From assembly GCA_019721075.1 (NCBI GenBank), contig JAHEAD010000005.1, positions 1 to 64,000 of the forward strand: a stretch of 64,000 nucleotides of DNA. Direction: 5' to 3'. The position numbers and the translations under genes are program-made. The DNA is from Candidatus Sysuiplasma jiujiangense (GTDB lineage Archaea; Thermoplasmatota; Thermoplasmata; Sysuiplasmatales; Sysuiplasmataceae). This document shows positions 1-9,122 of this stretch, piece after piece (positions within the stretch are counted from its first letter, which is position 1; each line of letters begins with the position of its first letter). The notes under the pieces were generated by a model. That model did not search any database and was not told the DNA's origin. It worked only from the letters and a program-made list of their open reading frames with translations.

Positions 1-185
1 CGCTGGTCATGTGAAGAGACTCCTGCATACAAGGCAACACCACCTTCATTCTTCGGAGTGGGATAGACGGGAATGGTTCCAGTTGGCATCTGTTCAGACC
101 TTACGGGCAATTGCCCTGCACGGAACCAACGACAGGCCGTCTTGTAATCTATGCCTTGTTCCCGCGCCCAATCCGCCAACTTCAT
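1..185 (-). mobile_element. tnpA: IS607-family serine-recombinase transposase TnpA, 5' part (runs off the left edge)
   Basis: Manual translation from ATG 185: MKLADWAREQGIDYKTACRWFRAGQLPVRSEQMPTGTIPVYPTPKNEGGVALYAGVSSHDQ. This is an N-terminal MerR-like HTH followed by the resolvase motif YA[R]VSS.DQ, with R replaced by G. Confidence 0.85.
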
Positions 186-322
186 TTGACCCTACATAAG
201 CACATATGGTATTGAAGTTTCCTGCTGCTAATTACCCTTTGCTGTCCACTCGATATCAAGAGTAGATTGACAGGGGCTAAATAACTGCTTTGTACTGACC
301 ACGGCAAAAGTCTTTATCGGAA

Positions 323-1366
323 TTGACAGATGACGCAGCCATGCAAACTGAAGGACTTACCTATGCGTCCTCAGGTGTTGACATCGATATCAAAAGCAGT
401 TTCATCCGCACGGTTGTGAAGGAACTCAGGTTCAGCAGAAGGACATTCCGTCCTGAAATTGGTGTGGGGCACTTCACCTCAGCAATACGCATTGGATCCA
501 GACTGCTCACTCTTTCAACCGACGGCGTCGGATCAAAAATGCTCATCGCAAGGAAACTAAACAAGTGGGATACCGTAGGAATAGACTGCATAGCCATGAA
601 TGTAAACGATACAATATGCATCGGTGCGGAACCGATTGCTGTTGTCGATTATATCGCAACACCAAAGATTGAAATGGAGATCGCTTCGGCGATAGGAAAA
701 GGACTGAACAGGGGAGCAGCCAGAGCCAACGTAACCGTTGTCGGGGGCGAGGTCGCAATCCTCACCGATATGCTCAATGAAGTCGATCTGTCTGGAAGTT
801 GCCTCGGTATCGTGGAGAAAAAGAAAATGATTACCGGGAATACAATCATGCCCGGAGATAAAATAATCGGACTCTCGAGTTCCGGTCTCCATTCAAACGG
901 TTTTACCCTTGTTCGCCGGCTTCTGGAGGACGGCTTACTGGACCTTGATGCAAAAATTGGAAACAAGACACTGGCGGAAATAATAATGTCTCCGACAAGG
1001 ATTTACGTCAGGGGGGTGCTCGATGCGCTCCGATCGGGAGGCATTACGGGTCTCGCCAACATAACCGGCGGGGGGATGAGAAATATTATAAGGCTCAATG
1101 ACAGTCTTCACTTTCGAATAGATTCTCTTCCACGTATTCCTGAGATTTTTAGTCTTATTGCAGAAGCTGGAAAAGTGTCTGATCGCGAGATGTTTCAAAC
1201 CTTCAATATGGGTGTGGGATTCATGGTCGTATGCAGGGAAGATTCCTGTGAAAAGGTGATTAAGAGACTGAAGAAGAACGGTGTGTCGGCATTTGAGATT
1301 GGCAGTGTAGAAAAAGGCAGTGGATTGACGCTTGTGGACCATGACATTCATTACAGCGCATATTGA
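323..1366 (+). CDS. purM: Phosphoribosylformylglycinamidine cyclo-ligase (AIR synthetase)
   Basis: TYASSGVD, STDGVGSK, DCIAMNVND, SSGLHSNG and TFNMGVG motifs. TTG 323 start; ATG 341 is an alternative. Confidence 0.95.
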   Translation: MTDDAAMQTEGLTYASSGVDIDIKSSFIRTVVKELRFSRRTFRPEIGVGHFTSAIRIGSRLLTLSTDGVGSKMLIARKLNKWDTVGIDCIAMNVNDTICIGAEPIAVVDYIATPKIEMEIASAIGKGLNRGAARANVTVVGGEVAILTDMLNEVDLSGSCLGIVEKKKMITGNTIMPGDKIIGLSSSGLHSNGFTLVRRLLEDGLLDLDAKIGNKTLAEIIMSPTRIYVRGVLDALRSGGITGLANITGGGMRNIIRLNDSLHFRIDSLPRIPEIFSLIAEAGKVSDREMFQTFNMGVGFMVVCREDSCEKVIKRLKKNGVSAFEIGSVEKGSGLTLVDHDIHYSAY

Positions 1367-1398
1367 GCTTTACTTGCATGTTTTGGGAGATGCGGTGT

Positions 1399-2949
1399 AT
1401 GAGCCGTGATAACGGCAGCATCCTGGTATTCAATGGAAGAATTTTTACCGGGCACAGATTCGTCGAATCAATACTGATATCAGATGGTCGGGTGGTATAC
1501 GCAGGCTCTTCGGGTGAAATAACGGAAAAGTCCGCAGGACAGGGAATTGAACGACTGGATGCACAGGGGAGGATCGTACTTCCGGGCCTTACCGACAGTC
1601 ACATGCACCTGCTTGAAACCGGGACAGAGATGATGATGGGCACACTGAAAGGATATGCAAGCATCGAATCAATGGTGTCGGATCTCAGGAACAAATGCGG
1701 AAAAATGCCGTTTCTCGTGTCAGGAGGATGGGATGAGGAAAATTTCAGTGAGCGCAGGCTTCCCGAAAGGAAGGACCTGGACAGGATATCCACCGATGCC
1801 CCGGTAATGCTTTTCAGGTTCTGCCATCATGTTGTTTCTGTTAACTCATTTGTTATAGAAAGACTCGGTCTGGAAGACGCAGAGGATGTGGACGGAGGAA
1901 TTGTCGGTCACGACTCCTCCGGAAGAATGAACGGCATACTCATTGACAGGGCAATAGATTATCTCCTCGGTTACAGAAGCAGTCTCCTTCAGTCTATTGC
2001 AGCCGACGCTATGTGTCTCGCCGCCGATTATGCCATTTCGAGGGGCATCACAACACTGATGTCTCTGGATTGTGACTCGCTTGAATTGCAGAGGTGCATT
2101 GAACTCGTTTCATCAAAAAGAATGAAATGCCGACTGAGACTTTTCCTTTCGAAGAGTACATTTTCCGATTATCTTGCTTCCGGTGCAATTCCTGAGGATG
2201 ACATGTTCAGGGTTGCGGGCGTAAAGCTGTTCGCAGACGGCAGTTTTGGCGGTAGAACAGCCCTTCTGTCCAAACCGTACGAGGACAGCAACACATCGGG
2301 ATTGTGCCTGATGGATGTCGGCGACTTGACTGAGGAATTACGGAAGGCAGCCGCTGCAGGAAAAATGGCTGCGGTTCATGCAATCGGGGACAGGGCAATA
2401 GCAAACGTTCTGAAAGCGGCGTCGAATGCGCAGATCCCCGGCAACAGGTTGAGAATAGAACATCTGGCTCTCACTCCCCCGGAAATAGTGAAAAGGTTAT
2501 CCGAGTTCAGGCCGCTGCTTGTTGTGCAGCCACATTTTCTCGTCGGCGACTGGTGGCTGCCGGCAAGACTGGGAGATCGAGCCAAACACTGCTATCTTTT
2601 CAGAACATTTGCAGAGAAGGGCCTGGAACCGGTAGGTTCCAGCGATTCTCCGGTGGAACCCCTGGATCCGTGGACAGGCATACTGTCAGCGACAGACAGG
2701 GGGAAGCACGCGGGTGTTGAGATGTCAGCCATCACTTCTTCGGAAGCTGTTGATACCATCGATGCAATCAAGATGTATACTGCATGGTCAGGCAAAGCAA
2801 GCAATGAATCGGGCATAATAGGGTCTCTTGAGCCCGGAGGTTACGGGGACTTTATTATGATGATGGAGAAAGACATAGATGCCTTGCTCCGGAACAGCAT
2901 GGTTATGAGGAGTTATGTCGGCGGGCGGCTGGTTTTTGAGGCGGAATGA
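1399..2949 (+). CDS. Metal-dependent amidohydrolase (YtcJ / amidohydrolase_3 type)
   Basis: PGLTDSHMH, KLFADGSFGGRTA, HAIGD, RIEH and SSDSP motifs. ATG 1399 preferred over the ORF-track TTG 1363. Confidence 0.85.
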   Translation: MSRDNGSILVFNGRIFTGHRFVESILISDGRVVYAGSSGEITEKSAGQGIERLDAQGRIVLPGLTDSHMHLLETGTEMMMGTLKGYASIESMVSDLRNKCGKMPFLVSGGWDEENFSERRLPERKDLDRISTDAPVMLFRFCHHVVSVNSFVIERLGLEDAEDVDGGIVGHDSSGRMNGILIDRAIDYLLGYRSSLLQSIAADAMCLAADYAISRGITTLMSLDCDSLELQRCIELVSSKRMKCRLRLFLSKSTFSDYLASGAIPEDDMFRVAGVKLFADGSFGGRTALLSKPYEDSNTSGLCLMDVGDLTEELRKAAAAGKMAAVHAIGDRAIANVLKAASNAQIPGNRLRIEHLALTPPEIVKRLSEFRPLLVVQPHFLVGDWWLPARLGDRAKHCYLFRTFAEKGLEPVGSSDSPVEPLDPWTGILSATDRGKHAGVEMSAITSSEAVDTIDAIKMYTAWSGKASNESGIIGSLEPGGYGDFIMMMEKDIDALLRNSMVMRSYVGGRLVFEAE

Positions 2950-2961
2950 GACGATTTGTCG

Positions 2962-3792
2962 TCATCTTGCTCCCCTGTATATTACCACAGGACACGGAGA
3001 TTCCCTGATAATGTGTTCAAAGAGGCTTCCATGATAGAATGGCAGAGCTGATGTCGAGAGTCTTGAGGAAAGGACAAGTACGGAAAATTTCCCCTTCGAG
3101 ACTTCATTGATTATGAGCTCCGCAGGGCTACCTCTGCGTGTCACGTTCATTACGCCGGCGGAAAAGTCTGCCGGTGCCGCCGCACTATCATTCCGCGATG
3201 ACGAAATGTGGAGCTCCGAAATTGAACCGTTTCCAATTCCCCGGGAGAGCGCTTTTGCAATCGCGATTACCGTCCTCCTGTTGCTCCATTCGCTGGTTAC
3301 TGCAAGTATTTTTCTTGCCTGCCTGCTGTCCATAAGAAGCGTCAGCTGGGTGACCATCATAATGTCCACTACCGAATTCTTCGCGATGCTTCTTGTTTTG
3401 CTCCCTAATCTGAAATTCCTCTTTCCAGGATGAGGCTTTATGACAAAAAGCAGCAGGTCATAGTTCTCTTTCCTGATCTCCTCCAGTATCCCTCCGGCAA
3501 TCGATCTGTGGTTGACAACTTTAGGAATCACTTTCACTTGATTTCTGTAACCTGTTTCCACTGCGGCAAGCGAAATTCTGGTTCCTCTTTTCCATTGCCC
3601 AATGATCTCCAGCGGGTGCGACGAATCAATGACATGTATTGTAACAATTTCCCCCCCTCTCCTCAGAAATCTCATTGCAAACGGTATGATCAGCTCGACT
3701 ATCTCTTTCGAATCTGCAGGAATGAGAATGCGTCCGTACTGGGGGGTTGCATCCTTCCGCTCTTCTTCCGTATCTTCGCTCTGTGCATCCAT
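2962..3792 (-). CDS. Tandem universal stress protein (USP) domain protein, KdpQ-like position
   Basis: Two USP-like halves (RILIP...GSKTRSIAKNSVVDI; KILAV...GSLFEHIIRESPCPVVI). Directly downstream of kdpC on the same strand. Confidence 0.75.
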   Translation of the reverse strand: MDAQSEDTEEERKDATPQYGRILIPADSKEIVELIIPFAMRFLRRGGEIVTIHVIDSSHPLEIIGQWKRGTRISLAAVETGYRNQVKVIPKVVNHRSIAGGILEEIRKENYDLLLFVIKPHPGKRNFRLGSKTRSIAKNSVVDIMMVTQLTLLMDSRQARKILAVTSEWSNRRTVIAIAKALSRGIGNGSISELHISSSRNDSAAAPADFSAGVMNVTRRGSPAELIINEVSKGKFSVLVLSSRLSTSALPFYHGSLFEHIIRESPCPVVIYRGAR

Positions 3793-3861
3793 GTGTATGC
3801 TACCTTATATTATTTGTTTAATTTAATTTTTACCCATGATAGAATTAAGCAATGCAGAATT

Positions 3862-4467
3862 TTATCGAATCAATCCGTCCTTCAGCAGTATGGAATGAAG
3901 TGCAAGATCTAAAAGGACGACGTTCACATAGGTGCTTCCTATGAATCCGAGGAACGGATGAACTGTGTATCTGGTCACAAGCGAATCAAGTAGAGAAACG
4001 CTCAGATTTGTGTTGAAATGTACCCTCGGAATCTGGAACAGTGCAAAGCTGACAGTTATGTCCGGATCGAAACCAGAAGCGCTTGGCTCAACACCGTTTG
4101 CCGGGACCTTCTGTCCTGGTTTGAGATGGCCTGTCTGGATAAGATATGTGGTATAATTGAGCGTCTGATTGTAAAATTCCAGTGTCGCGATCCCAATTGC
4201 CTGTCCGCCTGAACCGTTAAGCGAATTGTAATTTACCGAAGATACTCTGGGCCAGAAGTACATCGGCGAGCTGAAATTTTGGCCTATCAGTTCCGAACCC
4301 ACCACTGTCCCGTTAACACTGATGAGGCTTCCATTCTCCTGCCAGCCCAGGCCGAGAGCTTCTCCCGCACCTGCAACAAAAGCCGGATATGCGAAACCGC
4401 ACAGGATGAAGGAAAGCAGCGTCAGCACTAGAACCGGCCTCAGATGCCTGAAATGAGCATCAGACAT
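3862..4467 (-). CDS. kdpC: K+-transporting ATPase subunit C
   Basis: N-terminal TM helix, GSELIGQNF, YFWPR, SASGFDPDI and VNVVLL motifs. Overlaps the kdpB stop. Confidence 0.95.
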   Translation of the reverse strand: MSDAHFRHLRPVLVLTLLSFILCGFAYPAFVAGAGEALGLGWQENGSLISVNGTVVGSELIGQNFSSPMYFWPRVSSVNYNSLNGSGGQAIGIATLEFYNQTLNYTTYLIQTGHLKPGQKVPANGVEPSASGFDPDITVSFALFQIPRVHFNTNLSVSLLDSLVTRYTVHPFLGFIGSTYVNVVLLDLALHSILLKDGLIR

Positions 4468-6481
4468 GAATTATCAACCCCATCAGTATGGATATGAGTT
4501 TAATTCCTATAAATGCGGAGATCAGGCCACCGCCGCCATAAAGTACTATGTTTCTCCTTAACAGCGCGACTGGCCCTGTCGCCTCGAATCGTACCCCTCT
4601 CATTGCTATCGGTATCAACAGCGGGATCACAATAGCGTTGAACAACAGTGTGGAAAGTATTGCTATCTGAGGGGATTGTATTCCAAGTATATTCACTGCA
4701 GCAAGCGATGGAAGGAAGGCAACAAACATTGCTGGTATTATGGCAAAGTATTTCGCTACATCGTTGGTAACGCTGAATGTGGTCAGCGCCCCCCGTGTAA
4801 TCAGAAGCTGCTTGCCAAGCGCAACGATCTCGATGAGTTTGGTCGGATCGGAGTCAAGGTCGACCATGTTTGCGGCATCCTTTGCTACAGCGGTTCCTGA
4901 GTTCATTGCCAGGCCAACGTCGGCCTGTGCCAGCGCTGGCGCATCGTTTGAGCCATCGCCTGTCATGGCTATCAGGTGACCCCTGGACTGCTCCCTGACA
5001 ATGATCTCCATTTTGTCCTGCGGTTTTGCTTCCGCTCTGAATTCGTCTACACCCGCCTTCTTCGCGATTGTCTGTGCGGTGAGGAAATTATCTCCCGTGA
5101 CCATGATTGTCCTTATCCCCATGTTCTTCAGCTCCTGAATTCTGGAATCGATACCGGGCTTAATCAAATCCTGAAGGACAATCAGCCCCTGAACCTCGTT
5201 ATTAAGCGCGAGAACAAGCGGAGTCGAACCTTCAAGAGCAGCGGCATGGATTTCTTTCCTGATCGTCTCAGGAATTATCACGCCGCTCTTTTCCATTGCG
5301 TCGGCAGAGCCTTTTCTTATTCTGTCCTGATCGATATCGGCTCCACTCATTCTTGTTTCTGCAGTGAATCTCACCGGTCTTATCCTCGATATTATATCCT
5401 TGTCGACTCTCGCTCCCCGGGCATAAGCCAGTTTCATTGTCGAAACGCCTTCGGGCGTATTGTCAATTGCAGATGACAGATATGCAAGATTCAGTATGCT
5501 GGCCTCGTCCTTGCCTGGAGCGGGCACTATTCTGGTCGCGACCCTGTTTCCTATAGTTATTGTTCCGGTCTTGTCAAGCAGCAGAACGTCAACATCGCCG
5601 GATGTTTCAACAGCCTTTCCCGACTTCGCAATGACATTGTATCGAATAACCCTGTTGACTCCGGCAATTCTTATTGCAGGCAGCAGCGCACCTATCGTTG
5701 TCGGAAGGAGACATACAAGTAGTGCGACGAGCGCACCCATGTCGACTGTGAATTTGAAGAACTGCGCCACCGGTATTATCGTTGCTATTACAATTACAAG
5801 AACAAGACTCAGGGCCACAAGCAGCTGCGACAGTGCAATCTCATTCTGTGTCTTCTGTCTGTTTGCACCTTCCACAAGAGCAATCATCTGATCCAGGAAT
5901 GTATGGCCGGGATCGTTGCTCACCTTGACCTTTGCCTGGCCGGATATAACTGTTGTGCCGCCAAGAACAGAATCTTTGTCGCCTCCGGTTTCCTTCACCT
6001 GAGCTTCGGATTCACCCGTCATCATTGACTCGTTGACAACGAGTGCCCCCTCAATGATCTGGCCGTCTATTGGAACCGTGTCCCCCTCGTTCAGCAGAAC
6101 AATATCTCCTTTCCTGAGTTCATTGTTGTTCACGAGTTCCGGCTTTCCTGCACTGTCTATCCTTCTTGTCTTGATTTCGGTTCTTAGGCTCTTGAGTGAC
6201 TCTGCATTTGCCTTTCCCTGTGCATCAGCAAAAGACTCCGAAAAATTCGCAAACCACAGGGTCGCGATCAAAATAAGCAGGATAGCAAGGTAGTATGAAA
6301 ATCCATACCCTTTCCCAATCATACCGCTGAACAGGCCGGGAAGGAAAGTTATCATCGCCACAAATATCGTGCTGATGTAGACAACAAACATTACCGGATT
6401 TTTGAAAGCAATTCTCGGATCAAAACCTCTCAGTGATCCAGTCAGAGCATTGGACAGGAAGCTCCTCCGTAGCTTTCTCAT
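4460..6481 (-). CDS. kdpB: K+-transporting P-type ATPase subunit B
   Basis: KNPVMFVV, TGES, DKTGT, TGDN, GDGSNDAPALA and NDVAKYF motifs. Confidence 0.97.
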   Translation of the reverse strand: MRKLRRSFLSNALTGSLRGFDPRIAFKNPVMFVVYISTIFVAMITFLPGLFSGMIGKGYGFSYYLAILLILIATLWFANFSESFADAQGKANAESLKSLRTEIKTRRIDSAGKPELVNNNELRKGDIVLLNEGDTVPIDGQIIEGALVVNESMMTGESEAQVKETGGDKDSVLGGTTVISGQAKVKVSNDPGHTFLDQMIALVEGANRQKTQNEIALSQLLVALSLVLVIVIATIIPVAQFFKFTVDMGALVALLVCLLPTTIGALLPAIRIAGVNRVIRYNVIAKSGKAVETSGDVDVLLLDKTGTITIGNRVATRIVPAPGKDEASILNLAYLSSAIDNTPEGVSTMKLAYARGARVDKDIISRIRPVRFTAETRMSGADIDQDRIRKGSADAMEKSGVIIPETIRKEIHAAALEGSTPLVLALNNEVQGLIVLQDLIKPGIDSRIQELKNMGIRTIMVTGDNFLTAQTIAKKAGVDEFRAEAKPQDKMEIIVREQSRGHLIAMTGDGSNDAPALAQADVGLAMNSGTAVAKDAANMVDLDSDPTKLIEIVALGKQLLITRGALTTFSVTNDVAKYFAIIPAMFVAFLPSLAAVNILGIQSPQIAILSTLLFNAIVIPLLIPIAMRGVRFEATGPVALLRRNIVLYGGGGLISAFIGIKLISILMGLIIHV

Positions 6482-6501
6482 TTCGCTGTTTTCTTCCGCA
6501 G

Positions 6502-8193
6502 TTATCCCCCCAGGAATCCTGCTAGCGGACCGAGAACCAGCACAGGCAGGAAGAGTAGGGCGCTAAGCACTATTATGAAGCCGAACAGAAAAATCCCGAA
6601 AACAGGATCATCGGTCATCATGATCGTTTTCGTCTGGGACGCTGTCTTGGTCGATGAGAGAACCCCGCCTATTGAAAGCGCTATTGCGATAGGCACATAT
6701 CTGCCTATTATCATCACAACCGCTTCCGCAATATAGAAAAAGGCCGAATTCTGGGCAACAACAACTCCTCCCATGGCCGATCCGTTGTTTGCAGCGGCTG
6801 AGGTGAATTCATAGAGGAGGGCGGTGAACGCTTCATTTGGCGGCAAAAAAATGAATCTGGAAAAACCGGAAAGTATCGCTATTGCTGTTGGAATGAGAAT
6901 AAGTACCGGATGCAACAACACAAAAATGACAGCATACCTCATTACGCCTGTTGAAATTTTTTTGCCTATGAACTCAGGCGTTCTTCCCACCATGAGGCCG
7001 GAGATAAACACGGCAAGCATCATGTAAATCAGCAGCGTGATGAGTCCGGTGCCTACTCCGCCAGGAGTTCCCTGAAGATCCATGCCGAAAAGTGCTACGC
7101 CGATGGAAAGCGGATTCATCTGGTTTATATTGACATTGGGGCCACCTGTCATAGTGTATGTGTTGAGAATCAGGCTGAAGGTCGATTCTGTAATTGAAAA
7201 GCGCGTGTCCTTGCCTGCCCAGTTGCCTGAAGTCTGGCTTATCGGAAGTGTGCTGAGAAGGTGATTCGGAAGGTATTCCGCATAGAGCGAAAGGCCGATT
7301 GCAATAATGAGGATTGACATCGTTACGGCAACCAGCACTCTTGCCTGTTTCGGATTCCGTATCATGTGGCCGAATGAGAATATCAGGCCGAACGGTATGA
7401 TTGCTTCAGTTATGAGTTCAAGATAATTAGACACGGGTCCTGGATTTTCGAAAGGATATGACGAATCTGCACCGTAGAAGCCACCGCCGTTTGTTCCCAG
7501 GAATTTAATAGATTCCAGGCTTGCAACAGGTCCCCTGAAAATGTACTGGTTTCCCATATCTACAGTATGCGCTATTATGGCGGCCTGGAATGTCTGGGGC
7601 ATTCCGAGGTATATGAAAACTATTGCCTCCACAGCACTTATGGGTATCAGGATGCGTGTTATGGTTGTGACAAAGTCCTTATAAAAGTTTCCGACCTTTG
7701 AGTTCTGATTTATAATGCTCCTGATGAAGGCAACTGCAGAAACAATGCCTGTTGCTGCGGAAGTGAACATCAGGAAGGTGATAACGCCCATCTGGGAAAA
7801 GTAACTCAGCTGCAGCTCCCCCGTGTAGTGCTGCAGGTTGGTGTTCGTCAGGAAGGATGAGACAGTCGTGAAGTTGAGGAGTACCGGCAGGCCACCTGCA
7901 TGATTCGGATTCAGGGGCAGCAGCGGCTGAAAATAAAGAATGATGAATGATAGAATTCCAAAGGAAATATTTGTAAATAATATGGCCTTAAGATATTCCT
8001 TCCAGTCCATTTCAGACTTCGGATTCACTCCAAGGAGCCTGTAAATGAAATTTTCAATCGGCAGCATCAGGCGATCCGCTGCCATGCGCTTGCCGAGGAA
8101 GAGTCTTCCCATGTAGTTTCCAAGAATCGCCGAAAGAAACACAATGACAAAAAGGAGAAAACCGATCTGAACGAAGGAGATTAATGGTATCAA
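6502..8193 (-). CDS. kdpA: K+-transporting ATPase subunit A
   Basis: Pore motifs TNTNLQHY, GTNGGG and ANNGS; GLMVGRTPE. TTG start. Confidence 0.97.
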   Translation of the reverse strand: MIPLISFVQIGFLLFVIVFLSAILGNYMGRLFLGKRMAADRLMLPIENFIYRLLGVNPKSEMDWKEYLKAILFTNISFGILSFIILYFQPLLPLNPNHAGGLPVLLNFTTVSSFLTNTNLQHYTGELQLSYFSQMGVITFLMFTSAATGIVSAVAFIRSIINQNSKVGNFYKDFVTTITRILIPISAVEAIVFIYLGMPQTFQAAIIAHTVDMGNQYIFRGPVASLESIKFLGTNGGGFYGADSSYPFENPGPVSNYLELITEAIIPFGLIFSFGHMIRNPKQARVLVAVTMSILIIAIGLSLYAEYLPNHLLSTLPISQTSGNWAGKDTRFSITESTFSLILNTYTMTGGPNVNINQMNPLSIGVALFGMDLQGTPGGVGTGLITLLIYMMLAVFISGLMVGRTPEFIGKKISTGVMRYAVIFVLLHPVLILIPTAIAILSGFSRFIFLPPNEAFTALLYEFTSAAANNGSAMGGVVVAQNSAFFYIAEAVVMIIGRYVPIAIALSIGGVLSSTKTASQTKTIMMTDDPVFGIFLFGFIIVLSALLFLPVLVLGPLAGFLGG

Positions 8194-8205
8194 TTGCTTA
8201 TCCCT

Positions 8206-8295
8206 TCAGAATCTCTCTGGATAGAGAAGTGCATAGGTAAGGTATGTGACAGTGAGCACAATGAATGCAATAAGGACGACATAACCTGCTGTCAA
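8206..8295 (-). CDS. kdpF: K+-transporting ATPase subunit F (29 aa; absent from the ORF track)
   Basis: TTG start, MTAGYVVLIAFIVLTVTYLTYALLYPERF*, with the KdpF C-terminal signature YL.YAL..PERF. SD GGAGGTG lies 7 nt upstream, and the gene ends 12 nt before kdpA. Confidence 0.93.
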   Translation of the reverse strand: MTAGYVVLIAFIVLTVTYLTYALLYPERF

Positions 8296-8547
8296 ATTAT
8301 GGCACCTCCCGGTGATTTTCCGTTAGAGTAAGACCAACTTAATTAAATTTTGCTCTCGCGAAAGCCGGAATTACAGAATCGACTGCGCTTGTCGGTCCAC
8401 ATTCACATATCACGAAATCCCACAGGTTTGTAAATCTGCTGACTGTTTTAAAGCATTGGCGCAGTACACTGCCAATCCCGGTTTCCATTGGTATGGTTTA
8501 GTTTTTCCTGCAAAAATACTAAATGAAATTATACCCTATGACAGATA

Positions 8548-9060
8548 ATGAAGCGAGGTAATAACGTGATATCTGAAAAGAGAGTGGCAGACAGCGTGTC
8601 CCACATATCGAGGGTCATGATGCCGACCGATGCTAATATAGCAGGAAATGTCTTTGGAGGAACGATACTAAAGCTCGTGGATGAAGTTTCGGGTCTTGTT
8701 GCCCTGAGGCATTGCAATTCAAATGTCGTCACGGCCTCTATCGAACACATGGATTTTCTTTATCCAGTCCATATCGGAGACCTGCTGTCACTGGACGCGA
8801 AAATGACTTATGTCGGTAACAGCTCTATGGAAGTACTGGTAAACGTGACCGCAGAAAATCTGATGACCGGCGAGAAGCAGCATGCGGGCGATTCAATAGT
8901 CACACTTGTAGCCCTTGACAGGGACGGTCATACCAAGTCTGCTCCGAAACTGATACTTACCACTGATGAGGAAAGAAGGTTGTTTTCAGAAGGTGAAAAG
9001 AGAAGGGCCCTCAGACTGGTAAGGGCGAACGAAAGGAAAAAACAGTCCCAGTCATCATGA
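8548..9060 (+). CDS. Acyl-CoA thioesterase (hotdog fold, YciA-like)
   Basis: PTDANIAGNVFGG.IL..VD, VVTAS, F..PV..GD and VGNSSMEV motifs. Confidence 0.9.
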   Translation: MKRGNNVISEKRVADSVSHISRVMMPTDANIAGNVFGGTILKLVDEVSGLVALRHCNSNVVTASIEHMDFLYPVHIGDLLSLDAKMTYVGNSSMEVLVNVTAENLMTGEKQHAGDSIVTLVALDRDGHTKSAPKLILTTDEERRLFSEGEKRRALRLVRANERKKQSQSS

Positions 9061-9122
9061 GCATCGTATCCGGGAAAGGTAACAGATGCCAATAAACTCA
9101 GCAGAATGAACCCTGTGCAGTT

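Noticed and set aside
8310..8540. Possible c-di-AMP (ydaO) riboswitch upstream of kdp
   Set aside because: None of the consensus blocks are present; only a small hairpin (about 8455-8476) and a TATA box.
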